From positions 1 through 34,203 of the forward strand of contig JAXDKH010000262.1 of NCBI GenBank assembly GCA_034667185.1: a DNA stretch of 34,203 nucleotides, in the 5' to 3' direction. Under the pieces are notes generated by a model. It ran no database searches. It was given only the letters and a program-made list of their open reading frames with translations, and was not told the DNA's origin. The position numbers and the translations under genes are program-made. Positions 24,212 through 32,376 of the stretch are shown here, one piece after another (position 1 is the stretch's first letter; every line of letters begins with the position of its first letter). Source of the DNA: Chloroflexia bacterium. Its GTDB lineage: Bacteria; Chloroflexota; Chloroflexia; QHBQ01; JADMIH01.

Positions 24212-25627
24212 ATGGCATTCGGTCTCATTCTAACGGTAGTACTCGTACTCATCACCGCCTTATTCGTGGCGGCTGAGTTTGCTTTAGTCAGCATCCGCCG
24301 CACCCGCGTGGACCAGCTAGCCAGCGAAGGCAGCGGCCCCGCCAAAGACCTCCAACGCGCCGTCCACAACCTCAACACCTACCTTGCCGCCGCCCAGATA
24401 GGCATCACTATGGCGACGCTCGGCCTCGGTGCCCTGGGCGAGCCTGTCCTGGTCGAACTGATCGCCCCACCCCTGGTAGCTATCCTCCCTCGCGCCTGGG
24501 TCGAGCAGTTCATCTCCATCCACGGCTTCGCTTTCGTCCTGGCGCTGCTGCTCGTCACCGTGGTCGAGCTAATCTTCGGTGAGACGGTGCCCAAGATCAT
24601 CGGTATCCAGCGGTCCGAGAGCGTTGCCCTGTTCGTCATCAGGCCCATGAACCTGATGCTCATCATCTTCAAGCCCCTCATCTGGATCATCAACACGCTT
24701 AGCAACGCCACCCTCCGTCTCCTCGGTCTCCCCCAGGACAAAGGGCACGAGACTGTCTACAGCGTTGAGGAACTGGAGATGCTGGTCGTATCGAGCCGCA
24801 AAGCAGGCGTGCTCGACCGCGAAGAAGAGGTCATACTGCGCCGCGTGTTCGATTTTGGCGACCTCAACGCCCGCCAGGTGATGCTGCCCCGCACCGAGCT
24901 TGTGGGCATACCTACCGACGCCACCTTTCAGGAAGTGCTGCAGACCATGGTGGAGCACCGCTTCAGCCGCTTCCCCGTCTACGAGCACGACCTCGACAGC
25001 ATTGTCGGCGTAGTCCACGTCCGCGACGTGTTCAGCCAGCTAGCCGAAGCCAACGGTCTCGCCGCGCCACCCAACACTGGAGATGGCCCCACCCTGCCCA
25101 CAGAGATCGGCCTCTCCAACAGTAGCCACTTCAGCGTGCGCGACCTCATGCGCCCCATACTGGCAGTGCCCGAAACTATCGACGTTGACGAACTGCTTAC
25201 TTTCATGCAAAAAGAGGGTGTCCAGATCGTTCTGGTGGTGGACGAGTATGGCGGCACCGCGGGCATCGTCACCCTGGAAGACATAGTGGAGGAAATAGTG
25301 GGCGAGGTGCGCGGCGAGTTCGAGACGGCCGAGACGCAGTCTGACTTCACGGTGACCCCCGAAGGCATGCTAATTGGCGGCCTCGTCCCCATAGACGAAG
25401 TGAACGATAACCTCGGCCTCCATATATCCACCGACGCCACTACCCTGGGCGGCTACGTATTCGAGCTACTGGGCCGCAAACCGGAGATAGGCGACCAGGT
25501 CGAAACGCAGGGCACAACCTTCCGCGTGGAAGAGCTTGATGGCCTGCGCATCGCCACCGTGCGCGCGCTCCTCCACAGGCCGCCGAACTCCAACTCTGGC
25601 TCACCCACTCCCGAACATGAGGGGTAA
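24212..25627 (+). CDS. CNNM/CorC-HlyC family protein (DUF21 TM domain - CBS pair - CorC_HlyC)
   Basis: It has 4 N-terminal TMs, CBS-pair sequences (VMLPRTELVGIP..., LVVDEYGGTAGIVTLEDIVEEIVGE) and a C-terminal transporter-associated domain (GYVFELLGRKPEIGDQVE...FRVEELDGLRI). Confidence 0.9.
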   Translation: MAFGLILTVVLVLITALFVAAEFALVSIRRTRVDQLASEGSGPAKDLQRAVHNLNTYLAAAQIGITMATLGLGALGEPVLVELIAPPLVAILPRAWVEQFISIHGFAFVLALLLVTVVELIFGETVPKIIGIQRSESVALFVIRPMNLMLIIFKPLIWIINTLSNATLRLLGLPQDKGHETVYSVEELEMLVVSSRKAGVLDREEEVILRRVFDFGDLNARQVMLPRTELVGIPTDATFQEVLQTMVEHRFSRFPVYEHDLDSIVGVVHVRDVFSQLAEANGLAAPPNTGDGPTLPTEIGLSNSSHFSVRDLMRPILAVPETIDVDELLTFMQKEGVQIVLVVDEYGGTAGIVTLEDIVEEIVGEVRGEFETAETQSDFTVTPEGMLIGGLVPIDEVNDNLGLHISTDATTLGGYVFELLGRKPEIGDQVETQGTTFRVEELDGLRIATVRALLHRPPNSNSGSPTPEHEG

Positions 25628-25630
25628 CCG

Positions 25631-26980
25631 ATGAAGAAAGATAACTGGAAACACAACCCTAACGACCTGCCCCGTTGGAAGCGTCTCTCCCCCGCCGAGC
25701 CTGACGCCACCAACCAGCCCGGCGTGCCCTCCGAGCCACGGGACCGCCACGACCCCACCTCCAGTGAGCGCCTGCAAAAGATACTTGCCCAGGCCGGTAT
25801 CGCCTCCCGCCGCGCCGCCGAAGAGCTAATCGCCGCGGGCCGCGTCACCGTCAACGGAGAGGTCGTCAAAGAGATGGGTGTGCGCGCCGACCCCGCCACC
25901 GATACCATCGCGGTTGATGGCAAGCCCCTGAAGCTCAACACCGGGACGGGGCAGGCCCAGAAGTTCGTCTACATAGCCCTTAACAAGCCTCTTGGCGTCG
26001 TGTCCACGGTCAAGGACCCGGAGGGCAGGCCGACCGTGATGACCTTACTCGCGAGCGCAAAGCTCACTGAGCAGGGGCTGCGCCTCTATCCCGTCGGCAG
26101 GCTCGACACCGACTCCACCGGCCTGCTCCTCCTCACCAACGACGGCGACCTCACCTTCCGACTGACCCATCCCCGCTACGAGGTGGACAAGGAGTACCAC
26201 GTGATCGTGCGTGGTAGGCCGACTGGTGAGGCCCTCAACAAGCTGCGCGAGGGTGTCATGATAGAGGGTGGCCTCACAGCCCCCGCCAAGATAGACGTGC
26301 TCAGTCGCACCGAGGGCAACACCAGCCTGCGCATCACCATCCGCGAAGGCCGCAAGCGCCAGGTGCGCCTCATGTGCGCCGCGGTGGGCCACCCCGTGAT
26401 CGAGCTTACCCGCGTGCGCTTTGGCCCCATCGAGCTAGGCGACCTCCAGCCTGGCAAGTGGCGCAACCTGGCCGTGCATGAGGCCCACGCCCTCCGCAAA
26501 GCCGTCAAGCTCAAATCCGCAGGTTCCAACCAGGTCGCAAGCCCAACGCCACCTGCTCCCGCGCCCGCCAAGGTGAACGCCAGGACGCGCCCCTCCCGCC
26601 GCCCGCAGCCCACAGGCGCACCGCACCAGGCGGGAGCGTCTCGCACGCGGCCCACCTCTACGCCTGCCCGCAGGCCTTCAACTGCCTTCCGTCCGGACCG
26701 CCCAAAGCAGGAGAGTAGGGGCACAGGCTCCCCACAGGGTACTGAAACAAGGCCAAGGCCCACGAACACGAGAACAAGGACCGAAGCGGGCAGGGGCGCA
26801 GGAACGAGGCCCCCGACCTCAAGCCCAAGATCGGAAACAGGTGCTGCACCCAGGAGGGGCACAGGCACACGCAGCACCAACGCGCGCTCCGCCCAACCGC
26901 CACGCCGCAAGGACTCCAGCCCTCGCCCATCACGCGGCCAGGGAGCACCGCCACGCCGCACCCGAGGCCCTAGGTCATAA
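25631..26980 (+). CDS. rluB: 23S rRNA pseudouridine synthase, RsuA/RluB family, with a very long basic low-complexity C-terminal tail
   Basis: The S4 domain is RLQKILAQAGIASRRAAEELIAAGRVTVNG and the catalytic motif is YPVGRLDTDSTGLLLLTNDG. About 150 C-terminal residues are rich in Arg, Pro, Thr, Ser and Gly. GAGGGG lies upstream, 3 nt after the previous stop. Confidence 0.88.
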   Translation: MKKDNWKHNPNDLPRWKRLSPAEPDATNQPGVPSEPRDRHDPTSSERLQKILAQAGIASRRAAEELIAAGRVTVNGEVVKEMGVRADPATDTIAVDGKPLKLNTGTGQAQKFVYIALNKPLGVVSTVKDPEGRPTVMTLLASAKLTEQGLRLYPVGRLDTDSTGLLLLTNDGDLTFRLTHPRYEVDKEYHVIVRGRPTGEALNKLREGVMIEGGLTAPAKIDVLSRTEGNTSLRITIREGRKRQVRLMCAAVGHPVIELTRVRFGPIELGDLQPGKWRNLAVHEAHALRKAVKLKSAGSNQVASPTPPAPAPAKVNARTRPSRRPQPTGAPHQAGASRTRPTSTPARRPSTAFRPDRPKQESRGTGSPQGTETRPRPTNTRTRTEAGRGAGTRPPTSSPRSETGAAPRRGTGTRSTNARSAQPPRRKDSSPRPSRGQGAPPRRTRGPRS

Positions 26981-27043
26981 CCACACCTGCATCGAGCCTG
27001 CACGACGCGACGTAGGCCGGATGGCGCCAACTGCGTGTCTACA

Positions 27044-27052
27044 TGGTATACT
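27044..27052 (+). promoter_or_regulatory. Extended -10 promoter TGgTATACT at the left edge of the low-GC block
   Basis: The sequence reads acaTGgTATACTttaag, about 43 nt upstream of ATG 27095. No good -35 is present, as is usual for extended -10 promoters. Confidence 0.45.
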
Positions 27053-27094
27053 TTAAGATATGTCAATGATTTGGCAACATGCCTAGGGATTCAC

Positions 27095-28390
27095 ATGCCC
27101 AACTTCCAATTTCCTGATTTCCAAGAAAAAGTAACCGTAGAACAAATAAGCAGGGCTTGTAACCTTTCTGCAGATACAATCGTGCAGAACTTCGTTATAA
27201 ATTCATCAGGCGCGGGCTGGCATCAGTATTTGGGGCAAAACCGAAGCGGTCCGTCGGCTACAGCAATTGGCCTGTCTATCCTCAGTATGTTAGATCGCCC
27301 GTTCCAGTATGCTAATTTAGCCAAAGAGGAATTGTACAAGAGCCAGTTCAGAAGTAAGAGCAATCTCGCAGTCGAGGGTGGTTGGACTTTCCCTTCCATT
27401 GGCGCCTATCCAATTACAGAAGCAACATCTTATGTAATCTATGGTCTCATCATATCCGGTGAGTCACTACTTTCGAATCGCGCGGTTCAGAAAGGAGTCG
27501 AGTGGCTGAAGAACAATCAAAATGCTGATGGTGGTTGGGGATCAGTTCATGACAGCGCAAGTCGGACTTATTCAACATATTGGGCTACATGTGCCGTGTC
27601 TCTAAGTCGTATTCATTATGACATACTCGATATGGCGCGAACCTGGGTGAAACTCCACCAGAATAGTGACGGGGGTTGGGGCGAAATACCTACCAAGTTG
27701 AGCACACCCGTGCACACTGCCTTGGGCGTCCTTACACTTCTTAACTGTGGTGAAGACCCGGTATCGAGCCCAATACAGAGCGCCATAGGTTGGTTGTACA
27801 GGAACTGGAATCAAGATACTATGTGGGAATCGCAAGACATGCATGAGGAATGGGACATTGCGAGAGGGTCAAATCAATGGGACCGAGTACGTATTCGTCA
27901 CTTTCAGACCCAGTGGGTAGTACTTGCGCTCCTGAACGGAGGCATTGGTATTTATCGGCGGGAAGTGTTTCGAGCAATTAACTGGATAATTCGCACTCAA
28001 CAGCCAGAAGGTTATTGGCATCATCCTTCTGTTGGTAATGCGAAGTCCATCTGGGGTGTTCATGATTCGACCTTAGTGTTGACGACATTCTTGCGTAGCT
28101 TCGGCTCGGTCTCGCATACTGGTGTCATTGAATGGCTCGGCACAAGTGTCGTTTTTCATAAAGAGGGAGCCACCTCCTCATTCGGGATCCTCCTCGCACG
28201 CCAGTTGTTTGGCACCAGTAAACGACTTGTGCTAAAATATCTGAGTTTCCTGTTAGCGGTCGTTTCCTTATTAGCGATCCTTCTCATTATGCCTGCTATG
28301 GGTTTCTCATGGCGAGACGTATTGGTTGCCTTCTTCATACCGCTAGTTTTTTTCTTGATCCAGTTGATAATTTATCGGCCACGCGCGTAA
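27095..28390 (+). CDS. Prenyltransferase/squalene-cyclase-like (QW-repeat) alpha/alpha-barrel protein with a C-terminal 2-TM anchor
   Basis: The repeats VEWLKNNQNADGGWGS, TWVKLHQNSDGGWGE, IGWLYRNWNQDTMW, INWIIRTQQPEGYWHH and LAVEGGWTF match the W-L-x3-Q-x2-DGGW terpenoid-cyclase/prenyltransferase repeat. No DxDD or DDxxD is present. The C-terminal helices are LSFLLAVVSLLAILLIMPAMGF and VLVAFFIPLVFFLIQLIIY. The tracked start GTG 27035 lies upstream of the -10 box, so I prefer ATG 27095. Confidence 0.8.
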   Translation: MPNFQFPDFQEKVTVEQISRACNLSADTIVQNFVINSSGAGWHQYLGQNRSGPSATAIGLSILSMLDRPFQYANLAKEELYKSQFRSKSNLAVEGGWTFPSIGAYPITEATSYVIYGLIISGESLLSNRAVQKGVEWLKNNQNADGGWGSVHDSASRTYSTYWATCAVSLSRIHYDILDMARTWVKLHQNSDGGWGEIPTKLSTPVHTALGVLTLLNCGEDPVSSPIQSAIGWLYRNWNQDTMWESQDMHEEWDIARGSNQWDRVRIRHFQTQWVVLALLNGGIGIYRREVFRAINWIIRTQQPEGYWHHPSVGNAKSIWGVHDSTLVLTTFLRSFGSVSHTGVIEWLGTSVVFHKEGATSSFGILLARQLFGTSKRLVLKYLSFLLAVVSLLAILLIMPAMGFSWRDVLVAFFIPLVFFLIQLIIYRPRA

Positions 28391-28445
28391 TACAGCTCGG
28401 CGAATAGCATGTTGAAGAGGTAAGGGGTTCCGGAGGGGCGTATTA

Positions 28446-29114
28446 GTGTTACAAGCAGCGTGCGATTTTTGTGTTGAACTTTCCTTTGGCAAAGGGAGCG
28501 ATCTTACCCGGAATCTGCTTGCACCAGAATACGGGTCGCGTTTGCTGTACCAGAGCCCTAATTTTGTAGTCATGCCTTCCCTTGGGCAAATTGTTGAGGG
28601 TTATCTATTGATTGTCCCAAAAGCGCATTTCATATCAATGGCGCACTTACCGGACACGTTGTTTTCTGAACTTATAGAGGTAAAAGAGCACATTCGTACG
28701 CTCCTAACTGATGCTTACGCAACTCCGCTAACTTTTGAGCATGGTCCGATGTCTGAAACTGAGCGTGGTGGTTGTTGTGTTGATCACGCCCATTTTCACG
28801 TCGTTCCTACGAACGTAGATTTATTAGCTTCTTTGCAGTCTCGCTTTCAAGGGCATCATATTCTAGAACTTACTGATGTCAAACAGCAACTGAACAAGAG
28901 AGTTCCCTATTTGTACTATGAAACTCAAGCGGGTGTCGCCTACATCTTTGACGCACCAGTAGTTGAATCTCAGTTCTTGCGACGCCAGTTAGCGAAGGAA
29001 GTAGGCGTTCCCGACGAATGGGATTGGGCGGTTTATCCTGGAGTAGATAGGATAAAGTCCACGTTAGCCCTTCTGCAACACGAACCTCATAAGGACCCGG
29101 TACTATGGTTGTGA
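28446..29114 (+). CDS. HIT (histidine triad) family nucleotide hydrolase/transferase, Hint-like with a C-terminal extension
   Basis: The N-terminal CDFC corresponds to the CIFC of Hint proteins. LLIVPKAH and the triad DHAHFHVVP (H-phi-H-phi-H-phi-phi) are present. The start is GTG with GGAGGGG 8 nt upstream. There are about 80 extra C-terminal residues. Confidence 0.85.
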   Translation: MLQAACDFCVELSFGKGSDLTRNLLAPEYGSRLLYQSPNFVVMPSLGQIVEGYLLIVPKAHFISMAHLPDTLFSELIEVKEHIRTLLTDAYATPLTFEHGPMSETERGGCCVDHAHFHVVPTNVDLLASLQSRFQGHHILELTDVKQQLNKRVPYLYYETQAGVAYIFDAPVVESQFLRRQLAKEVGVPDEWDWAVYPGVDRIKSTLALLQHEPHKDPVLWL

Positions 29115-29815
29115 AAAAGGGTCTAGTTATAGCAATTGATGGACCCGCAAGTTCAGGCAAGGGTACTATCGGATCTCTCGTCGCTTCACGATTGAACTAT
29201 AAATTCATCGACACGGGCGCGATGTATAGGTCTGTTGCTTTGCTGGCGCTTGATCAGGGTATAGATTTACAAAATAGTAACGCAGTCGGGCAACTGGCCG
29301 AAGCCTCAGAAATTAAATTTGTGTACGAAAGTATACGTGGAGTGCCAGGATATCGTGTTCTCATAGATGGAATGGACGTGAGTATTGCCATTAGGTCACC
29401 GACAATTGATAGCGCAGCATCCCAAATAGCTCAATATGTAGCAGTTAGGCACGCACTGCAAGCAAAGCAGCGTGTTTTGGCACAAAACGGATCTGTCGTG
29501 ATGGAAGGGAGAGATATTACTACTGTTGTTTTCCCCAATGCCGACCTTAAGCTGTACATAACAGCTTCGATTCATCAACGTGCGCGCCGTCGTTATGAAC
29601 AAAATGCTAAGCGCAATATACATGTGAGTGTCAAAGATATCGAAGAAGAGCTTGCTAAACGTGATCGGATGGACACCCAGCGCCACGCTAGTCCCCTTCA
29701 GCTAGCAAGGGATGCTATTGTGGTAGATACAACTCACATGACAGTAGCAGAGGCAGTGGATAAGATACTTTCCCTAATCCGTGAGCGTTTCCCTCAATAT
29801 GTTGATGTTAGCTGA
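29105..29815 (+). CDS. cmk: Cytidylate (CMP/dCMP) kinase, canonical bacterial type
   Basis: It has IAIDGPASSGKGT (P-loop), DTGAMYRSVA, EGRDITTVVFPNADLKLYITASIHQRARRR and RDRMDTQRHASPLQLARDAIVVDTT. The start overlaps the HIT gene by 10 nt. Confidence 0.9.
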   Translation: MVVKKGLVIAIDGPASSGKGTIGSLVASRLNYKFIDTGAMYRSVALLALDQGIDLQNSNAVGQLAEASEIKFVYESIRGVPGYRVLIDGMDVSIAIRSPTIDSAASQIAQYVAVRHALQAKQRVLAQNGSVVMEGRDITTVVFPNADLKLYITASIHQRARRRYEQNAKRNIHVSVKDIEEELAKRDRMDTQRHASPLQLARDAIVVDTTHMTVAEAVDKILSLIRERFPQYVDVS

Positions 29816-30057
29816 TACCATATCAAAGCTTTACTTCAGATTCTCTTGAGTGTTAGTGCTCTGTCCCCTGGATCAGGAGTAAATTGAATTGGGGAGTATA
29901 TGAGGCATGAGAGATCCATTCACTAAGGACTCGAAGGAATTGGACCTACACTTCTGACAGGTTCCCTCATAATCCCGGATTGCTCTCCGTGTGCCGTTCC
30001 TTATGCATCAATGTTTCCGGTCTAAAGACTTCCTGAAATATAGAGCCAGAGAATAAT

Positions 30058-31428
30058 TCAGTCCGCCGACCTGTACTCCCTCAATGATGGCACCAAAAAC
30101 GCCGTCAGCGCCGTCACCGCAATCACCGCCACACCACCGAGCGCGATAGACGGCCCAATCCCGATCACCGTCGCGGCTACCCCTGCCTCTACCTCGCCAA
30201 GCTGCGGCCCTCCGATGTAGAACAGCATATTCACCGAGGTCATCCGCCCCCGCAGCTCGTCCGGCGTGTTCAACTGCCGTATGGTCTGCCGCATCACCAT
30301 GCTCACCGTGTCAGCAGCCCCGGTACCCGCCAGCCCCAGCACGGCCAGCCAGAACGTCCCCGACAGCCCGAACACCACCGTCGCCGCCCCATACGCAATC
30401 ACCGAGACTATCACCAGCAGGCCCTGCCGCTTAACGTTGCCTACCCACGACATCACCAGCCCAGCAATCAGGGCACCCACGGCGGGCGCGGCGTACAGCA
30501 CTCCCCAGAACAGCCGGTCTACCTGCAACACCCTCTCTGCGAATGGAGGCAGCAGCACCATCGCCGCCCCGAAGAATGTCGCGAAGAAGTCCAGCGACAT
30601 AGTTGACATAATTATCGGCATCTTGCGCAGGAACCGCAGCCCGTCCAGCGCCGCCCCCATGCTGACGTTGCGTTGCAGCCCCTTCTCCGACCGCGCCCGC
30701 ATCAGCCACAGCGCCAGCATCACCGCCCCGAACGAAATAGCGTCGATCCAGTAGATGATCACGAACCCGCCCGAACCGAGGAACAGGAAAACCCCGCCCA
30801 GGGTAGGGCCGATGATGGTGGCAATCTGCCACACGATGATGTTCAGCGATAGCGCGTTAGGGAGGTGCTTGCGCTCCACCAGGCTGGGCACGAACGCCGA
30901 GCGCGCCGGGTTGTCAAACGCTGTGGTCGCCGCGCTCAACGCGCTAACGCCGTAGATGATGCCTGGAGAGATCCACCCGAACTGCGTGCTCGCCGCCAGC
31001 AGCACCGATGTGAGGGCAAACACCCCCTGCGTCATCAGCAGCAGCCTGCGCCTGTCGAACGAGTCGGCTATCACCCCACCGAACAACGACAGCAGCAACA
31101 GAGGCACCAACTTGAACACGCCCAGCAGCCCCAGCGCCGCGGGGTTATGCGTCAGGTCCCACATCTGCACCCCAATAGCCACGATGCGCATCTGGCTGCC
31201 GGTCTGCGACACAAAGCCGCCCATCCACAGCAGCCGGAAGTCCCTGTACCTCAGCGCGATGAAGGGGGATGACTTTCTGGGGGCCTCCTCAACGACCGGC
31301 GGCGTCTCAGCAGTAGCCACAGCCGCGTTAGGCGCATTGACGCCCATCGAAGGCGCGATGGGGCCTGGCTCAACGGTGTATCTCTTCGGGGTCGTATCCT
31401 GGGCGCTCACCCGAAAATTGTACCGCAA
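30058..31428 (-). CDS. MFS transporter (EntS/MFS_3-like), 12 TM
   Basis: It has FRLLWMGGFVSQTGSQM, multiple hydrophobic helices and an Ala/Pro-rich N-terminal extension. The start is TTG 31428 (GGAGG 4 nt upstream) or ATG 31347. Confidence 0.85.
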   Translation of the reverse strand: MRYNFRVSAQDTTPKRYTVEPGPIAPSMGVNAPNAAVATAETPPVVEEAPRKSSPFIALRYRDFRLLWMGGFVSQTGSQMRIVAIGVQMWDLTHNPAALGLLGVFKLVPLLLLSLFGGVIADSFDRRRLLLMTQGVFALTSVLLAASTQFGWISPGIIYGVSALSAATTAFDNPARSAFVPSLVERKHLPNALSLNIIVWQIATIIGPTLGGVFLFLGSGGFVIIYWIDAISFGAVMLALWLMRARSEKGLQRNVSMGAALDGLRFLRKMPIIMSTMSLDFFATFFGAAMVLLPPFAERVLQVDRLFWGVLYAAPAVGALIAGLVMSWVGNVKRQGLLVIVSVIAYGAATVVFGLSGTFWLAVLGLAGTGAADTVSMVMRQTIRQLNTPDELRGRMTSVNMLFYIGGPQLGEVEAGVAATVIGIGPSIALGGVAVIAVTALTAFLVPSLREYRSAD

Positions 31429-31563
31429 AGAACCTCCACAGGTCCAGCTATACCACGCTCAATCTGAGCATAAAATGAGCACCGCATGGCCTTGCACCTG
31501 AGCACCCAATCGTGACATCATTACGCTACGAAGCCAACAACCCCAGGCCCAGGAGCCACCACA

Positions 31564-32361
31564 ATGCAAACCCAAACCCTGCCGACCCAAACCAAAGCCC
31601 GCCCGGCCCTCGTGCACCTTCCCGACGTACTACCCGCCGAGCCAGACCCCCTACACGCCACCCAATCCGACGTAGCGCGCTACGTTAGCCGTCTACAAGA
31701 AGCAGACCGTGCCCTCGCCCTGCAAGTCGCCAGCCGCAGCCTCTCTCCCGCCGAGGCCATTCTGCTACAACGACGCCGCGACTCCATCCACGCCGGTATG
31801 GCCCGACAAGCTACTCTAGCAGCCCGCCGCTTCGGCTCTGACCGGGAAGGCTCAATTGCCACCCTAAACGCTATCTTCAACCTCGGCACTGCACCCGACC
31901 CTGCCATGTCCGGCTCCTACCGAGGCGACCTGCTCAGTACCACCCTCTTCTCTCCACTCGACAGCTTCGGACGATTCATGGCCCGCATCTGGCTCCCCTG
32001 GAAGGGCAAGCGCCTCGACTCAGCCACCTCTACCGGCTACAACTATCTCACCCCTGGTGGTCGTCGCGTAGCCCGCATCGTATGGTCGCTGTATAAGCAT
32101 GCCACTCGCACCGAAAACGGCCTTTACCCATACTTCACCTTCAAAACCTCCTATGCTCCCGCCGTGGATGCCGCAGGCGTAACCACCCTCAACCTCGACT
32201 ACAACCTCCCGCAGAACCCCGCCTTCCTGGTCCGTGCCGTGCTTGACGAGGTGGTGCAAATCTCCGGGGGTTACTACCTCGGCAAGGCATACTTGCGCAG
32301 CCGACGCGGTAACTACCACCTGGCCGCCTACTTCGCCCTCCGCCCCGACCCAATCGCCTGA
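31564..32361 (+). CDS. Hypothetical protein, possibly GXWXG/DUF4334-like
   Basis: 265 aa. IWLPWKGKRLD and the C-terminal LDEVVQISGGYYLGKAY...YFALRP resemble the GXWXG + DUF4334 pattern, from memory only. AGGAG lies 8 nt upstream. Confidence 0.6.
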   Translation: MQTQTLPTQTKARPALVHLPDVLPAEPDPLHATQSDVARYVSRLQEADRALALQVASRSLSPAEAILLQRRRDSIHAGMARQATLAARRFGSDREGSIATLNAIFNLGTAPDPAMSGSYRGDLLSTTLFSPLDSFGRFMARIWLPWKGKRLDSATSTGYNYLTPGGRRVARIVWSLYKHATRTENGLYPYFTFKTSYAPAVDAAGVTTLNLDYNLPQNPAFLVRAVLDEVVQISGGYYLGKAYLRSRRGNYHLAAYFALRPDPIA

Positions 32362-32376
32362 TAAATAGAGGAACCA

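Larger units (their letters stand above)
27040..30057. other. Low-GC, compositionally foreign block carrying three genes and a 242-bp non-coding tail
   Basis: Hand counts of 60-nt lines inside the block: 27181-27240 is 29/60 GC, 28621-28680 is 26/60, and 29221-29280 is 23/60. In the flanks, 26881-26940 is 46/60 and 30121-30180 is 39/60. The transitions coincide with the rluB stop and the MFS stop. Confidence 0.8.

Noticed and set aside
26176-27066. 296-aa minus-strand ORF opposite the rluB tail
   Set aside because: It is produced by the extreme GC-rich, low-complexity region. The forward frame is continuous with a bona fide pseudouridine synthase.
27095-28390. Calling the QW-repeat protein an active squalene-hopene or class II terpene cyclase
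   Set aside because: No DxDD or DDxxD motif is present and the protein (431 aa) is much shorter than SHCs. Only the fold or repeat assignment is supported.
27058-30016. Possible att-like direct repeat flanking the low-GC block (atatg-tcaatgattt at 27058-27072 versus tatgcatcaatg-ttt at 30002-30016)
   Set aside because: Only about 13 matching positions remain after allowing indels, in AT-rich sequence. The left copy lies inside the promoter-to-ATG leader. This is too weak to call without statistics or an empty-site comparison.
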